DNA of 64,000 nucleotides, taken from Candidatus Enterousia sp. GTDB lineage: Bacteria > Pseudomonadota > Alphaproteobacteria > Rs-D84. The position numbers and the translations under genes were made by a program. The stretch is taken from contig JAZLAT010000005.1 of assembly GCA_045613345.1 (NCBI GenBank), positions 67,588-131,587 on the forward strand, read 5' to 3'. The notes beneath the pieces were generated by a model. That model worked only from the letters and a program-made list of their open reading frames with translations, did not search any database and had not been told where the DNA came from. Below are positions 27,962-38,127 of the stretch, one piece after another (position 1 is the first letter of the stretch; every line of letters begins with the position of its first letter).

Positions 27962-29521
27962 TTACTGTTTAATATAGCCAATTTTTTTATTCTTGCCGCC
28001 CATATACCAATCAATCAGCAAGCGTGACAACCAAATGCAAGTGAACAAAGTCGTCAACACACCAATAGACAATGTCACCGCAAATCCACGAATCGGTCCC
28101 GCACCAAATTGGAACAAAATCAAAGCGCAAATCAAATTAGTAATTTCGCCGTCCAACACCGTCTTCATAGAACGATTAAATCCGGCATCAACCGCACGCA
28201 AAGGTGTTGCGCCCGACCGAATTTCATCACGTATACGTTCGAACGGCAATATATTCGCGTCCACCGCCATACCAAGTGTCAACACGATACCCGCGATCCC
28301 AGGCAGTGTCAGCGTTGCACCCAACAAAGCCGAAACACCGATAATCATCGCCAAGTTCACCAACAAAACGATATCTGCAATAAATCCAAATGCACGATAA
28401 ACCGCAATCATAAACAGCAACACCAACAAGACGCCGATTGCCGAACCGACCTTGCCTTGGGCAATAGTATCGGCACCCAATCCCGCACCCACAGTGCGTT
28501 CTTCAATCACTTGCAACGGTGCCGGCAAAGCACCACTGCGCAACAGAACCGCTAAATCTTTTGCACCCTGTAATGTAAATCCACCTGAAATCTGACCACG
28601 TCCACCCGGAATAGGTTCACGAATCGTCGGTGCCGACAAAACCTTGCCGTCCAAGACAATCGCGAACCGTTCATTCACATGTTCAGTGGTCAATTTTGCA
28701 AAACGCCGCGCACCCGCCGCATCAAACACAGTGGTCACAACCGGCATATTATTTTGGTCAAAGTCTGCTTGGGAATCTTTCAAACTTTCACCCGATACTT
28801 CAATACGCGAATATACGGGAACCTTGCTCCACGGCATATCCATATGTGGCAAGAATTCCGTTCCCGCCGGTGCAACCCCAGATTCCAATTGTTCATTTGT
28901 TACATTTTCATTCACCAAATGGAAAGTCATTTTCGCGGTCTGACCAATCAAGTCCTTGATACGTTCCGGATTATCAACCCCCGGCAATTGCACCAAGATA
29001 TATTTTCCGCCCTGGCTTTGAATAGACGGCTCTTTGGTCCCCAAAGCATCAATACGACGACGCACGATTTCGATACTGCGCGCCAATGCATCGGCGGTCA
29101 TTTCTTCGCGTTGCTTGTCAGTATATCTTAGTGTGATTGTGCGACCCGATGTTGAAATATCAACCGTATTACCAAGGGCACTTTTTAAACGCCCCTTTGC
29201 GCGCGACATTTCTTCGCCTTCACGCAGAGTCAGCGATATAACACCATCGTTGTTTTTAAGGTTTGAAAACCGAATCACACCTTTATTTCGGTCAATCATC
29301 GCACCACGAACTTCATCATATAATTGATTTGCTTTTTCGCGGAACATTGTTGTTGTATCCACCTCTAACAACAACTGGGCCCCACCTTTAAGGTCCAAAC
29401 CCAAAGATATCGGGTGCGCCCAAGACGGAAAATATTTCGCGGCATTCGGCACCATTGTCGGCACCGCCAACAATACACCAAAGACCGCAACAAAAATAAT
29501 TGCCAATTTTTTAAACATCAC
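27962..29521 (-). CDS. secD: Protein translocase subunit SecD
   Basis: 519 aa with LGLDLKGG near the N-terminus, a periplasmic domain and a C-terminal 6-TM bundle. Confidence 0.9.
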   Translation of the reverse strand: MMFKKLAIIFVAVFGVLLAVPTMVPNAAKYFPSWAHPISLGLDLKGGAQLLLEVDTTTMFREKANQLYDEVRGAMIDRNKGVIRFSNLKNNDGVISLTLREGEEMSRAKGRLKSALGNTVDISTSGRTITLRYTDKQREEMTADALARSIEIVRRRIDALGTKEPSIQSQGGKYILVQLPGVDNPERIKDLIGQTAKMTFHLVNENVTNEQLESGVAPAGTEFLPHMDMPWSKVPVYSRIEVSGESLKDSQADFDQNNMPVVTTVFDAAGARRFAKLTTEHVNERFAIVLDGKVLSAPTIREPIPGGRGQISGGFTLQGAKDLAVLLRSGALPAPLQVIEERTVGAGLGADTIAQGKVGSAIGVLLVLLFMIAVYRAFGFIADIVLLVNLAMIIGVSALLGATLTLPGIAGIVLTLGMAVDANILPFERIRDEIRSGATPLRAVDAGFNRSMKTVLDGEITNLICALILFQFGAGPIRGFAVTLSIGVLTTLFTCIWLSRLLIDWYMGGKNKKIGYIKQ

Positions 29522-29529
29522 ATACCCTT

Positions 29530-29844
29530 TTATTTTTCAACACTTGCGATTGCGTTCTTGCTGACCTCGATAACGACACCTTTGGCGATTTCCATTTCAA
29601 TTGTTTTATCGCCAATTTTCTTGACTGTGCCATAAATACCCGCCGCCAAGACACGATTACCAACGGTGATTGAATCAATCATCTTTTGATATTCTGCCAT
29701 ACGACGCTTGTTCGGGCGCACCATAAAGAAATAAATCACAACGAAAATAATTAAACAATAAAGCAACAAGCCACCCATACTGCCCTGTTGGGGTGCATTC
29801 GCGACAACATTATTTGTGGCATCGACAACAACTTCTTCAGTCAT
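29530..29844 (-). CDS. yajC: Preprotein translocase subunit YajC
   Basis: 104 aa with a single TM segment and the motif RPNKRRMAEYQKMIDSI..GNRV.T..GI.G.V. Confidence 0.85.
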   Translation of the reverse strand: MTEEVVVDATNNVVANAPQQGSMGGLLLYCLIIFVVIYFFMVRPNKRRMAEYQKMIDSITVGNRVLAAGIYGTVKKIGDKTIEMEIAKGVVIEVSKNAIASVEK

Positions 29845-29972
29845 ATTTTTCTCCTTTGATTATTTATTACGCCCAAAGAATAGACAAAAAAACCGCATAT
29901 GTAAAGCAGAAATTAGAGAAATTGGTGCAAATTCACCAGAGCAACAAGCCATATCACAATAAAGGATAACCC

Positions 29973-31733
29973 CTACCTTTCAAACCAAGTGTCCATTTCA
30001 GATATCGGGAAAAATTTATACACTGGGCGGCCATGATTACACTCACCGCCACGTTCTGTCCGTTCTATATCACGCAACAAGGCGTCCATTTGTTCCATGT
30101 TTAATTTTTGCCCTGCCCTTACCGAATGATGGCACGCGTGATTTGCCAATTTCAAATGCAGTTTTTCCGACAATCCGCTTGAATGTCCGTATTCACGCAC
30201 TTCGTCCGCCATATCACGCAAGACACTCGCCCAATCCATATCCCAATCAGACGGCTTTTCAAATATCGCAATTGCATCGTCGCCAAACGAATCGATGTTC
30301 AACCCGCCATCGCGCAACTCATCACGCACAGACAATACCGCATCAACTTCTTCGGGACGCAAATGCACGACAATTGGTGTCAACAACGGCTGAACCGCGA
30401 TTGTATGTGTCCGCATCTTTTCATAAGTAATGCGTTCATGCGCGGCGTGTTGGTCAATAACAACCATCGCATCACCCGTTGTCGCGATAATATATTTGTT
30501 CGCAATTTGCCCCACAACGCGCCCCAACGGCATCGATTCGAATAAATTTTCTGGGCGAATCGGTTCGACCGGCACAACAGACGCAACCTTGTTACCTTCA
30601 TTTATAAAATCGGGATTTGTCGTTCCACGCGGATTCAACCAATTGGTTTGTGGTCGTGGCGAATACATGCGTTGCGGAACTGGCGTCACAGGCGTTGATA
30701 AAATCGGACCAGCAAATGACATTTTGCTTTCATCATGTTTTGCAACCGTCGCCGTCATAGTTTGCGCCAAAGTGTCGCGCAACGATTTTATAATAAAAGA
30801 CCGCACATGATTCGGGTCCAAAAAATGCACATCCGTCTTGGTAGGCGAAACATTCACATCTACATTCGCCGGCGACAAAGTCAAATACAACGCGCACAGC
30901 GGAAATTCCCGCGCATGCATCACATCCATATATGCGGCACGCAGCGCACCAACCAAAACCTTGTCCTTGACCGGGCGACCATTCACAAACAAGAATTGGT
31001 CAACACTTGATGCCCGCCGCAAAGTTGGTTCAGAAATATATCCCTTTAACTTCATTCCACCAAGCGACGACGATTCCGAATCAACCGCACGCATCCGCCC
31101 AATTACATCGTCACCCATCACCGCGGCGATTCGTTCCAAAAGCGGTTGGTTTTTTGGAAATCGCCATTTATTATTCAAAACAAAACCAACATCACATCGC
31201 GCCATTGCAAGACGCTTTACCACATCCAAAACCGACATCATTTCCGCGCGGTCAGTACGCAAGAATTTTAATCGCGCGGGTGTTTTTGCAAACAAATTTT
31301 GAACACGAATCCGTGTTCCAGCCTGCCATGATGACGGACGGATTTCACCCGTATTGCAATCCATTTGCCATCCGTTTGAATCGACCCCATCGCATGTATC
31401 AATCGTCATATCGGACACGGATGCGATTGATGGTAATGCTTCGCCCCGAAAACCCATAAAGTTTATATTCAATAAATTATCATCGGGCAATTTAGATGTC
31501 GCATGCCGTTTAATACAATTCGCCAAATCATCGCGCGACATACCCGAACCATTGTCCACAATATTTATCAGTGTTCGCCCACCATCAACAACATCAATTA
31601 TGATTTGGTCCGCCCCCGCGTCCAGCGCATTTTCAACCAATTCTTTGACAACATTGGCACCGCGTTCCACAACTTCACCTGCGGCAATTTGATTAACCAG
31701 GTAATCGGGCAACAACCGAACCGACATATACAT
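29973..31733 (-). CDS. mutL: DNA mismatch repair protein MutL
   Basis: 586 aa with N-terminal LVNQIAAGEVVERGANVVKELVENALDAG and C-terminal QHAAHERI. The start may be the third codon (31727). Confidence 0.9.
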   Translation of the reverse strand: MYMSVRLLPDYLVNQIAAGEVVERGANVVKELVENALDAGADQIIIDVVDGGRTLINIVDNGSGMSRDDLANCIKRHATSKLPDDNLLNINFMGFRGEALPSIASVSDMTIDTCDGVDSNGWQMDCNTGEIRPSSWQAGTRIRVQNLFAKTPARLKFLRTDRAEMMSVLDVVKRLAMARCDVGFVLNNKWRFPKNQPLLERIAAVMGDDVIGRMRAVDSESSSLGGMKLKGYISEPTLRRASSVDQFLFVNGRPVKDKVLVGALRAAYMDVMHAREFPLCALYLTLSPANVDVNVSPTKTDVHFLDPNHVRSFIIKSLRDTLAQTMTATVAKHDESKMSFAGPILSTPVTPVPQRMYSPRPQTNWLNPRGTTNPDFINEGNKVASVVPVEPIRPENLFESMPLGRVVGQIANKYIIATTGDAMVVIDQHAAHERITYEKMRTHTIAVQPLLTPIVVHLRPEEVDAVLSVRDELRDGGLNIDSFGDDAIAIFEKPSDWDMDWASVLRDMADEVREYGHSSGLSEKLHLKLANHACHHSVRAGQKLNMEQMDALLRDIERTERGGECNHGRPVYKFFPISEMDTWFER

Positions 31734-31738
31734 ACAAC

Positions 31739-32221
31739 CTATTCTTTGAATTTTACTTCTAATATTTCATACTCGCGTTCACCCGACGGCAAGCGCACAA
31801 CGCAAGTATCCCCCACACAGCGACCAATCAGTGCGCGTCCCACCGGCGAAGTGCAAGATATAACCTGTTTTCCATCGGATTCAATATCAGACAAAATGCG
31901 ACATTGCATACGATTACCGTCTTCATCTTCACACACAACACGTGCACCAAAGACAACACGGTCACCACTAAGCGTATCAACATCAACAACCGCAGCATTG
32001 TTTATAACATTTTCAATAAATTGTATACGCTTGTCAATTTGACGCTGTTTTTCGCGGGCGGCACTGTAATCTGCATTTTCTGACAAATCACCCAATGACC
32101 GCGCCCATTGTACGACCTTTAATATTTCGGGTCTTTCCACTTCTTGCAACTGTTTCAATTCTTTGACCAGAGCTTCGAATCCTTGTTTTGAAATTGGTTT
32201 CTTGTCCATTTTTATCACCAT
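31739..32221 (-). CDS. greA: Transcription elongation factor GreA
   Basis: 160 aa with a coiled-coil N-terminus and the C-terminal FKBP-like motif SP.GRALIG. The start could be the internal Met at codon 5. Confidence 0.9.
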   Translation of the reverse strand: MVIKMDKKPISKQGFEALVKELKQLQEVERPEILKVVQWARSLGDLSENADYSAAREKQRQIDKRIQFIENVINNAAVVDVDTLSGDRVVFGARVVCEDEDGNRMQCRILSDIESDGKQVISCTSPVGRALIGRCVGDTCVVRLPSGEREYEILEVKFKE

Positions 32222-32301
32222 GTATTTTTTTGTTTCATATATTATAAATATTCATTTTAATTTTGCAATCAGGAATTAAAAGGTCTATACTTGCCAAAGA
32301 A

Positions 32302-33360
32302 ATGTTCAATACCAAAATATTATCACGGTTTCTGTTCCGCCGATTTTTTACCGGTGTCGGGTTGGTATTGCTTATTGTATGCGGGATTATTTTTGCGGTT
32401 ACATTTGTCGAAAGATTACCAAGCAACCCGACGGCACTTGCGGCATTAAATGACGCATGGACACGGCTTATCGAATACGTGCCAATGTTTTTGCCTTTGG
32501 CGGTATTTATGGGAACATTGGTTGCGTATTATACATTGACACGTTCAAGTGAAGGCATCATTATCTCTGGGGCTGGGTTATCGCCGTATCAAATGGCACG
32601 ACCATTTTTGTTGGGGGCTTTTTTAATCGGCGTTTTTGCTACAACCGTCATAAATCCTTATTCCGTTCGATTGGGTTCAGAAAATATAACCAAAGAACAC
32701 TTGCGATTGGTGGACGGCAAAATATGGTTGCACGAATCTTCGGATAGTGGATATATAACGATGATGGCAACCGATATGACACGCGATTCTGATTCTTTGG
32801 TATTCAAAAACGCAACCATATATATTCAAAACCCTGAATTTGTTTTAACCAATAAAATATATACCACACGTGTGACACTTTCGACATCGGGATTAAATGC
32901 GAAGCACGCAAAAATTATGGATCAAACCGGACAAACACACAAAGGCGCATGGGAAACGAATACTCTGATTACGCCACAAACGGTTTTAGAAAGATATCTG
33001 CAACCCGACCAGATTTCTTTTTGGGAATTACCAACATTTATTCGTAAAATGTCACACATTGGTGTTCCGATGCGTGGGCACTTTGTTCAATTTTGGACTC
33101 TGCTGTTTTTGCCTTTGACAATGATAGCCATGGCAACATTGGGTATCGCTTTTGCGCAAACCCGACAACGAAGAAATCACACATTTGGAAAAAAATTCAG
33201 CATTGGAATTTTAACATGCTTTGCGCTTTATTTCTTGTTAAATATATTCAGTGCATTGGGGTCAAACGGAACATTACCAACATTACTTGCAATTATTGCG
33301 CCGCCCCTTATTATAATTGCGGCATCTGGTGTGTTTATTGCGAGTTTTGATACAATCTAG
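32302..33360 (+). CDS. LptF/LptG-family LPS export permease
   Basis: The YjgP/YjgQ-type N-terminus MFNTKILSRFLFRRFF begins at the ATG at 32302. Six predicted TM segments with a large periplasmic loop. Confidence 0.7.
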   Translation: MFNTKILSRFLFRRFFTGVGLVLLIVCGIIFAVTFVERLPSNPTALAALNDAWTRLIEYVPMFLPLAVFMGTLVAYYTLTRSSEGIIISGAGLSPYQMARPFLLGAFLIGVFATTVINPYSVRLGSENITKEHLRLVDGKIWLHESSDSGYITMMATDMTRDSDSLVFKNATIYIQNPEFVLTNKIYTTRVTLSTSGLNAKHAKIMDQTGQTHKGAWETNTLITPQTVLERYLQPDQISFWELPTFIRKMSHIGVPMRGHFVQFWTLLFLPLTMIAMATLGIAFAQTRQRRNHTFGKKFSIGILTCFALYFLLNIFSALGSNGTLPTLLAIIAPPLIIIAASGVFIASFDTI

Positions 33361-33371
33361 GGTGGGGAAAT

Positions 33372-33506
33372 ATGCCATTAAAAAACAAAAATTCAAATAA
33401 AAAGAAAATTATTTTTTGGATACTTGTTATAGTATTAGTGGTTTTGATGTTGATATATTTTCCGCCCGCCCAAAATGTGACCGAAGTTGTTTTATATCCA
33501 AAATGA
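33372..33506 (+). CDS. Small membrane protein, 44 aa (tentative)
   Basis: MPLKNKNSNKKKIIFWILVIVLVVLMLIYFPPAQNVTEVVLYPK, with one TM helix. Its TGA stop overlaps the xerD ATG (ATGATG context). Confidence 0.3.
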   Translation: MPLKNKNSNKKKIIFWILVIVLVVLMLIYFPPAQNVTEVVLYPK

Positions 33507-34369
33507 TGAACTATATCGATGTTTTTCTAGAAGCGGCATCTGCCGAAAAAGGACGCAGCAAGAACACACTTGCGGCATATGCGAACGATTTGCGACATGC
33601 CGACGAAAACATTCCGGGCGGACTTATCAATGCAGATGCGAACGCGGTTGAACAATACCTTGGCACAATGGGCGGGTGCGCGTCGTCCGTTGCGCGCCGT
33701 GCAAGTTGTCTGCGCAGTTTTTATAAATTTTTAATGATTGAACATATTATTAAAACGAATCCAACAAACGGAATCGAATTACCAAAACGCGCCAAACCAT
33801 TACCTAAATTATTGACACCACAAGAGATTGAATTGCTGATATCGTCGGCGGGCGACACGAAAAACTCTGTGCGTTTACGCGCAATGATAGAACTTTTGTA
33901 TGCATCGGGGTTGCGCGTATCCGAACTGTGCGAATTACCAATGACGGCGATATTGGGCAACCGACTTTTGATTCATGGCAAAGGCGCCAAAGAACGCATT
34001 GTCCCTATGCACGAAAGTGCAATAAATGCATTGAACAAATGGCTGAATATGCGTGACGACGAATCAAAATATGTATTCCCAAGCAATTCACAAACCGGTC
34101 ATATAACACGCGACGGATTTTTCAAGATATTAAAAAAATGCGCGGTACTTGCCGGTATTGAACCCGCACGCGTGACACCGCATGTTCTGCGTCATTCTTT
34201 TGCATCGCACTTGTTGGCTAATGGTGCAAACCTGCGTGCAATACAAACAATGCTTGGGCACGAAGACATTTCAACAACCCAAATTTACACGCATGTGTTG
34301 CCCGAAAAACTGCAACGTGTTGTTGCCGAACATCATCCACTTTCAAACACCAAGGTAAATAAACAATGA
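33503..34369 (+). CDS. xerD: Site-specific tyrosine recombinase XerD (XerC/D family)
   Basis: 288 aa from the ATG at 33503. Contains FLEAASAEKGRSKNTLAAYANDL, a C-terminal HVLRHSFASHLL...LGH...TQIYTH and the catalytic Tyr. Confidence 0.7.
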   Translation: MMNYIDVFLEAASAEKGRSKNTLAAYANDLRHADENIPGGLINADANAVEQYLGTMGGCASSVARRASCLRSFYKFLMIEHIIKTNPTNGIELPKRAKPLPKLLTPQEIELLISSAGDTKNSVRLRAMIELLYASGLRVSELCELPMTAILGNRLLIHGKGAKERIVPMHESAINALNKWLNMRDDESKYVFPSNSQTGHITRDGFFKILKKCAVLAGIEPARVTPHVLRHSFASHLLANGANLRAIQTMLGHEDISTTQIYTHVLPEKLQRVVAEHHPLSNTKVNKQ

Positions 34370-34854
34370 TAAAAAAATGTGATTTTCCGGGTTGCACCCG
34401 CGCCGGCACATGTCGTGCACCAAAGTCACGCGACCTTCGCGAATATTGGAATTTTTGCACCGAACACGCGGCTGAATATAACAAAAATTGGAATTACTAT
34501 GCCGATATGACCGACGAAGAAATCGAAGCAGATTGGGAAGAACAAACATTCGGCAAATCAACCAAACGCACAAAACAAGATGCCGACGATTACATAAAAT
34601 TTCTGAATGATTTTATTACCGGTCGGTCTACATTTGATAAAATGCCACCGAAAAAAACTATGCCTTCGGAAACCATTTCGGCATTCAAGACATTGGACTT
34701 GCCCATTACGGCGTCTTGGCGCGAAATCGGTGTTCGGTATCGCGCACTTGCAAAAAAATACCACCCAGACACTGCATCTGGCACCGCATCAAATGCGGAC
34801 TTTGCCCGAATTTCTGACGCATACAGGGTATTAAAACGCCATTTCGGCAAATAA
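34366..34854 (+). CDS. J-domain protein
   Basis: 162 aa with a C-terminal J domain (KKYHPD) and an N-terminal Cys cluster CDFPGC...C. Confidence 0.75.
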   Translation: MIKKCDFPGCTRAGTCRAPKSRDLREYWNFCTEHAAEYNKNWNYYADMTDEEIEADWEEQTFGKSTKRTKQDADDYIKFLNDFITGRSTFDKMPPKKTMPSETISAFKTLDLPITASWREIGVRYRALAKKYHPDTASGTASNADFARISDAYRVLKRHFGK

Positions 34855-34929
34855 AACCACGGGCTTAAATTTTTATGGCACGCGGGCGCGGTTTATGCTA
34901 TGGTGGCGTGAACAAAAGGATATTTAGAA

Positions 34930-35835
34930 ATGTATGATGTTATTATTTTGGGTTCTGGACCTGCGGGTTTGACTGCGGCAATATATTGCGGTCGCGCAAA
35001 CAAGAATACACTGGTTATGGGTGGTGACACATTGGGTGGTCAAACCGCCGGAATTGCGACACTGGAAAATTATCCCGGTTGGGGCGGCAGTGGTTTTGAA
35101 CTGATTGAGTTTATGAAAAAACAAGCAGAATCGTTCAATGCCAAAATAGAAATGATATCGGCGGCACATATTGAAAATAAAGCCGATGGCACATTTTCCG
35201 TGACGGACACACACGGCAAAACATATGACACTCGCACTGTAATTTTGGCCACGGGCGCGTCCCCGCGAAAGTTGGAAATTGCGGGCGCACGCGAATTCTT
35301 TGGTCGCGGGGTATCATATTGTGCGACATGCGACGGGTTCTTTTATTCCGGCAAAACGGTCTTGGTTATTGGCGGTGGGAACAGCGCAATGAATGACGCA
35401 CTGTATTTATCAGACATCGCAAAAACGGTAAAAATCATTTATCGCAAATCTGCATTCACACGTGCCGAGGCAATTATTCGCGACCGTGTTTTGGCAAAAC
35501 CAAATATCGAATGTGTATTTAACACTGAATTAAAAAGCATATCTGCACGTCCGAATTCCGAAACCGGCGAATTGATTGCGACCACAACAAACAACGAACA
35601 AATTATATGTGATGGAATATTTGTTGCGATTGGACACGAAGCGAACACTGATTATTTAAGTGAGGATATTAAACGCGACGAATTGGGACGACTTTCGCCG
35701 TCTGATTTGCCACGCGGAATGTTTGTTGCGGGCGATGTCCGTTCAGAATTCAAGATGCAAATTGCGACCGCCGTTGGCACCGGATGCACCACCGCAATGG
35801 ACGCCATCGCATACTTGAATACAAACGCACAATAA
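34930..35835 (+). CDS. trxB: Thioredoxin-disulfide reductase
   Basis: 301 aa with GSGPAG FAD motif, redox CATCDG and GGGNSA NADPH motif. Confidence 0.9.
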   Translation: MYDVIILGSGPAGLTAAIYCGRANKNTLVMGGDTLGGQTAGIATLENYPGWGGSGFELIEFMKKQAESFNAKIEMISAAHIENKADGTFSVTDTHGKTYDTRTVILATGASPRKLEIAGAREFFGRGVSYCATCDGFFYSGKTVLVIGGGNSAMNDALYLSDIAKTVKIIYRKSAFTRAEAIIRDRVLAKPNIECVFNTELKSISARPNSETGELIATTTNNEQIICDGIFVAIGHEANTDYLSEDIKRDELGRLSPSDLPRGMFVAGDVRSEFKMQIATAVGTGCTTAMDAIAYLNTNAQ

Positions 35836-35852
35836 ATAAAAAGGATAAAAAC

Positions 35853-37130
35853 ATGTTGGATATAAAGTTTATTCGTGAAAACCCAGATATTGTAAAAAAT
35901 GCATGTCGTGTAAAAAACTTTCCCGATGTGGTCGATGATATTTTGACATTGGACAAACGCATTCGTGAATTGAAAACTATCACCGAAACCAAAACGGCGG
36001 AAAAGAACAAAATTTCGCACGCTATTCCAACAGCGGAAAACAAAGCCGAATTGGTTGCACAATCAAAACAAATCAGTGCGGAAATCGCAAACGATATGGA
36101 CGAACTGGCGGAAAAGCAAGAACAGTTCAACGACCTGATGCACCGTGTTCCGCAAATTCCCGATGCGTCCGCGCCGGTTGGCACCGATGACAGTGCAAAT
36201 GTAGAGGTTCGTCGTGTTGGTACACCACGCGAATTTGACTTTACGCCGCGTCCACAATGGGAATTGTTGGATATGAACGGTTGGTGGATGCCGGAAAAAA
36301 TCGCAGGTATTTGTGGCACACGCACTTATTGCCTGTGTGGGGAATTGGCGGAATTATCCTTGGCGATTCAAACCTATGTTATTCAAAAATTGATTGGCAA
36401 AGGGTTCAAATATATCGAATGTCCACCCGTTACAAAACCACAAACTATATTTAATGCCGGACATTTTATGGGGTCTGATTTGTCGGTTATGAATGACGAT
36501 GTATTTATGCTGACCGATACAGACCGTTGTTTGGCGGGAACTGCCGAGATTATTTTGAACTCTCTGCATGGTGGTGATATTTTATCGGAAAATGATTTAC
36601 CAATTAAATATGCGGGCTTTTCAACATGCTTTCGTAAGGAGGCCGGGGCGGCCGGACGCGACACACGCGGACTGGTACGGTTCCATCACTTTGACAAAGT
36701 GGAACAATATATATATTGTACCCCGGAACAAAGCGATGAAATGCACGAACATTTGTTGAACAACCTGTGCGAAGTGGTTGGCGATTTAGAAATACCGTAT
36801 CGTGTTATTGCAAATTCTACGGGCGACATGGGATTTAACAAAGTCAAAATGAACGATGTCGAGGCATGGTTCCCATCGGAAAATGCCTATCGTGAATTAG
36901 GTTCTTGTTCGTCCATTGGTCAATTCCAGGCACGTCGCACAAACACCCGTTTTCGCCGTGCAGACGGAACGCTGGATTTCTGTGCAACATTGAATAATAC
37001 GGGAATCGCCCTGCCCCGTGCTTTGGTGCCATTGATTGAAAACCATCAAAATGCGGACGGGTCGGTGAACATTCCAAAAAAACTGCAACCACTCATGGGC
37101 GGACGCACAAAAATCGGCGGAAAGCATTAA
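35853..37130 (+). CDS. serS: Serine--tRNA ligase
   Basis: 425 aa from the ATG at 35853 (MLDIKFIRENPDIV). Coiled-coil arm and class II core motifs (FRKEAGAAGRDTRGLVRFHHF). Confidence 0.9.
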   Translation: MLDIKFIRENPDIVKNACRVKNFPDVVDDILTLDKRIRELKTITETKTAEKNKISHAIPTAENKAELVAQSKQISAEIANDMDELAEKQEQFNDLMHRVPQIPDASAPVGTDDSANVEVRRVGTPREFDFTPRPQWELLDMNGWWMPEKIAGICGTRTYCLCGELAELSLAIQTYVIQKLIGKGFKYIECPPVTKPQTIFNAGHFMGSDLSVMNDDVFMLTDTDRCLAGTAEIILNSLHGGDILSENDLPIKYAGFSTCFRKEAGAAGRDTRGLVRFHHFDKVEQYIYCTPEQSDEMHEHLLNNLCEVVGDLEIPYRVIANSTGDMGFNKVKMNDVEAWFPSENAYRELGSCSSIGQFQARRTNTRFRRADGTLDFCATLNNTGIALPRALVPLIENHQNADGSVNIPKKLQPLMGGRTKIGGKH

Positions 37131-37139
37131 AAGTAAAAG

Positions 37140-37161
37140 TCGCCCACACGGGCGATTTTTT
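37140..37161 (+). terminator. Rho-independent terminator after serS (bidirectional)
   Basis: Stem TCGCCC / GGGCGA with an ACAC loop, followed by TTTTTT. Confidence 0.65.
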
Positions 37162-37174
37162 AATACAACCTGTT
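37155..37174 (+). repeat. 20 nt direct repeat copy 1 (ATTTTTTAATACAACCTGTT)
   Basis: Identical to 37752-37771. The two copies bracket the 170 aa ORF and its promoter. Confidence 0.9.
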
Positions 37175-37183
37175 TATAATACG

Positions 37184-37696
37184 CTATTTCTGGCGAGCAA
37201 TTAATTGAGACATCATTTTGTGCATTTCGCATGTAGATTGAAATTTGCAATTATTACGTGAAAAATCTGCACAATCACAGTTATCACGCATTAATTCTTT
37301 TAATTTATTCACACAAAACACATTATTACACAGCAAATATAATTTATCTAAATCTCGAAATTCTGGGTTATCAAACGAAAACTCGCGCGAACTACTGTCC
37401 CCATCAAAAAAAACTCTCATTTTTACCAACCCGCTGTCAGGATAATGCCATAACATAAATAAGTTATATTGCCTGGGTGGATATGGAGAAGATTTTTTTA
37501 TATCTAATGAAAAATTTCCTTTATATTTGAACAAACTAATTCTCTCAGAATTATCCACTTTTCTGGTCAGATCCATAAAAATCTGAATCAAACGATTGTT
37601 TGTATCTGTGGGCGACAATTTATAATTAAATCTCAAAAGTTCCCCCGCCAACTCCATAACACGGGTCACCAATGGTTCTATATTATTTTGTGTCAT
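37184..37696 (-). CDS. Hypothetical protein, 170 aa, with C-terminal Cys cluster
   Basis: Intact ORF with its own near-consensus promoter and terminator. AT-rich. The C-terminus reads CNNVFC...NCDC...CKFQSTCEMH. Confidence 0.55.
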   Translation of the reverse strand: MTQNNIEPLVTRVMELAGELLRFNYKLSPTDTNNRLIQIFMDLTRKVDNSERISLFKYKGNFSLDIKKSSPYPPRQYNLFMLWHYPDSGLVKMRVFFDGDSSSREFSFDNPEFRDLDKLYLLCNNVFCVNKLKELMRDNCDCADFSRNNCKFQSTCEMHKMMSQLIARQK

Positions 37697-37724
37697 TGCA
37701 TATCCTTTCTATAAAAACAATACG

Positions 37725-37752
37725 ATAATACACCAAAACACCACAATGTCAA
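37725..37752 (-). promoter_or_regulatory. Near-consensus sigma70 promoter for the 170 aa ORF
   Basis: On the minus strand, TTGACA (37752-37747), a 16 nt spacer, then TATTAT (37730-37725). Confidence 0.5.
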
Positions 37753-37771
37753 TTTTTTAATACAACCTGTT
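37752..37771 (+). repeat. 20 nt direct repeat copy 2
   Basis: Identical to 37155-37174. Confidence 0.9.
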
Positions 37772-37784
37772 GAAAATATAAAAA

Positions 37785-37807
37785 TCGCCCGATTGGGCGA
37801 TTTTTTT
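37785..37807 (-). terminator. Bidirectional rho-independent terminator after the 105 aa ORF
   Basis: Stem TCGCCC / GGGCGA with a GATT loop, flanked by A-run and T-run. Confidence 0.6.
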
Positions 37808-37809
37808 AT

Positions 37810-38127
37810 TTACTTTTTAACTCTTTTTGCCGCTGCCATGTGCAAAAATTGTATCATCGGAATATTTTCAATCAATTCATGCTTCTTTTTTTCATATTCT
37901 TCATGCAATACTTTCTGACTTTCGCGACCCCACACATGATAAGTATGACCATCAATAAGAATTACCTTATTCCCTTCAACTATCACCCCCGCGCTTTTAG
38001 AATACATACGAGTCGCGCCTATAGAAGTTTGTTCTATTTTTGCATCGGATGCATTAAACAAAGCCCTGGCAAATTCCATTGCTCTATCATCATCGTGAAA
38101 ATACTCACTCCCAGCACTAGTATTCAT
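37810..38127 (-). CDS. Hypothetical protein, 105 aa
   Basis: Intact AT-rich ORF with no recognisable motif. Confidence 0.5.
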   Translation of the reverse strand: MNTSAGSEYFHDDDRAMEFARALFNASDAKIEQTSIGATRMYSKSAGVIVEGNKVILIDGHTYHVWGRESQKVLHEEYEKKKHELIENIPMIQFLHMAAAKRVKK

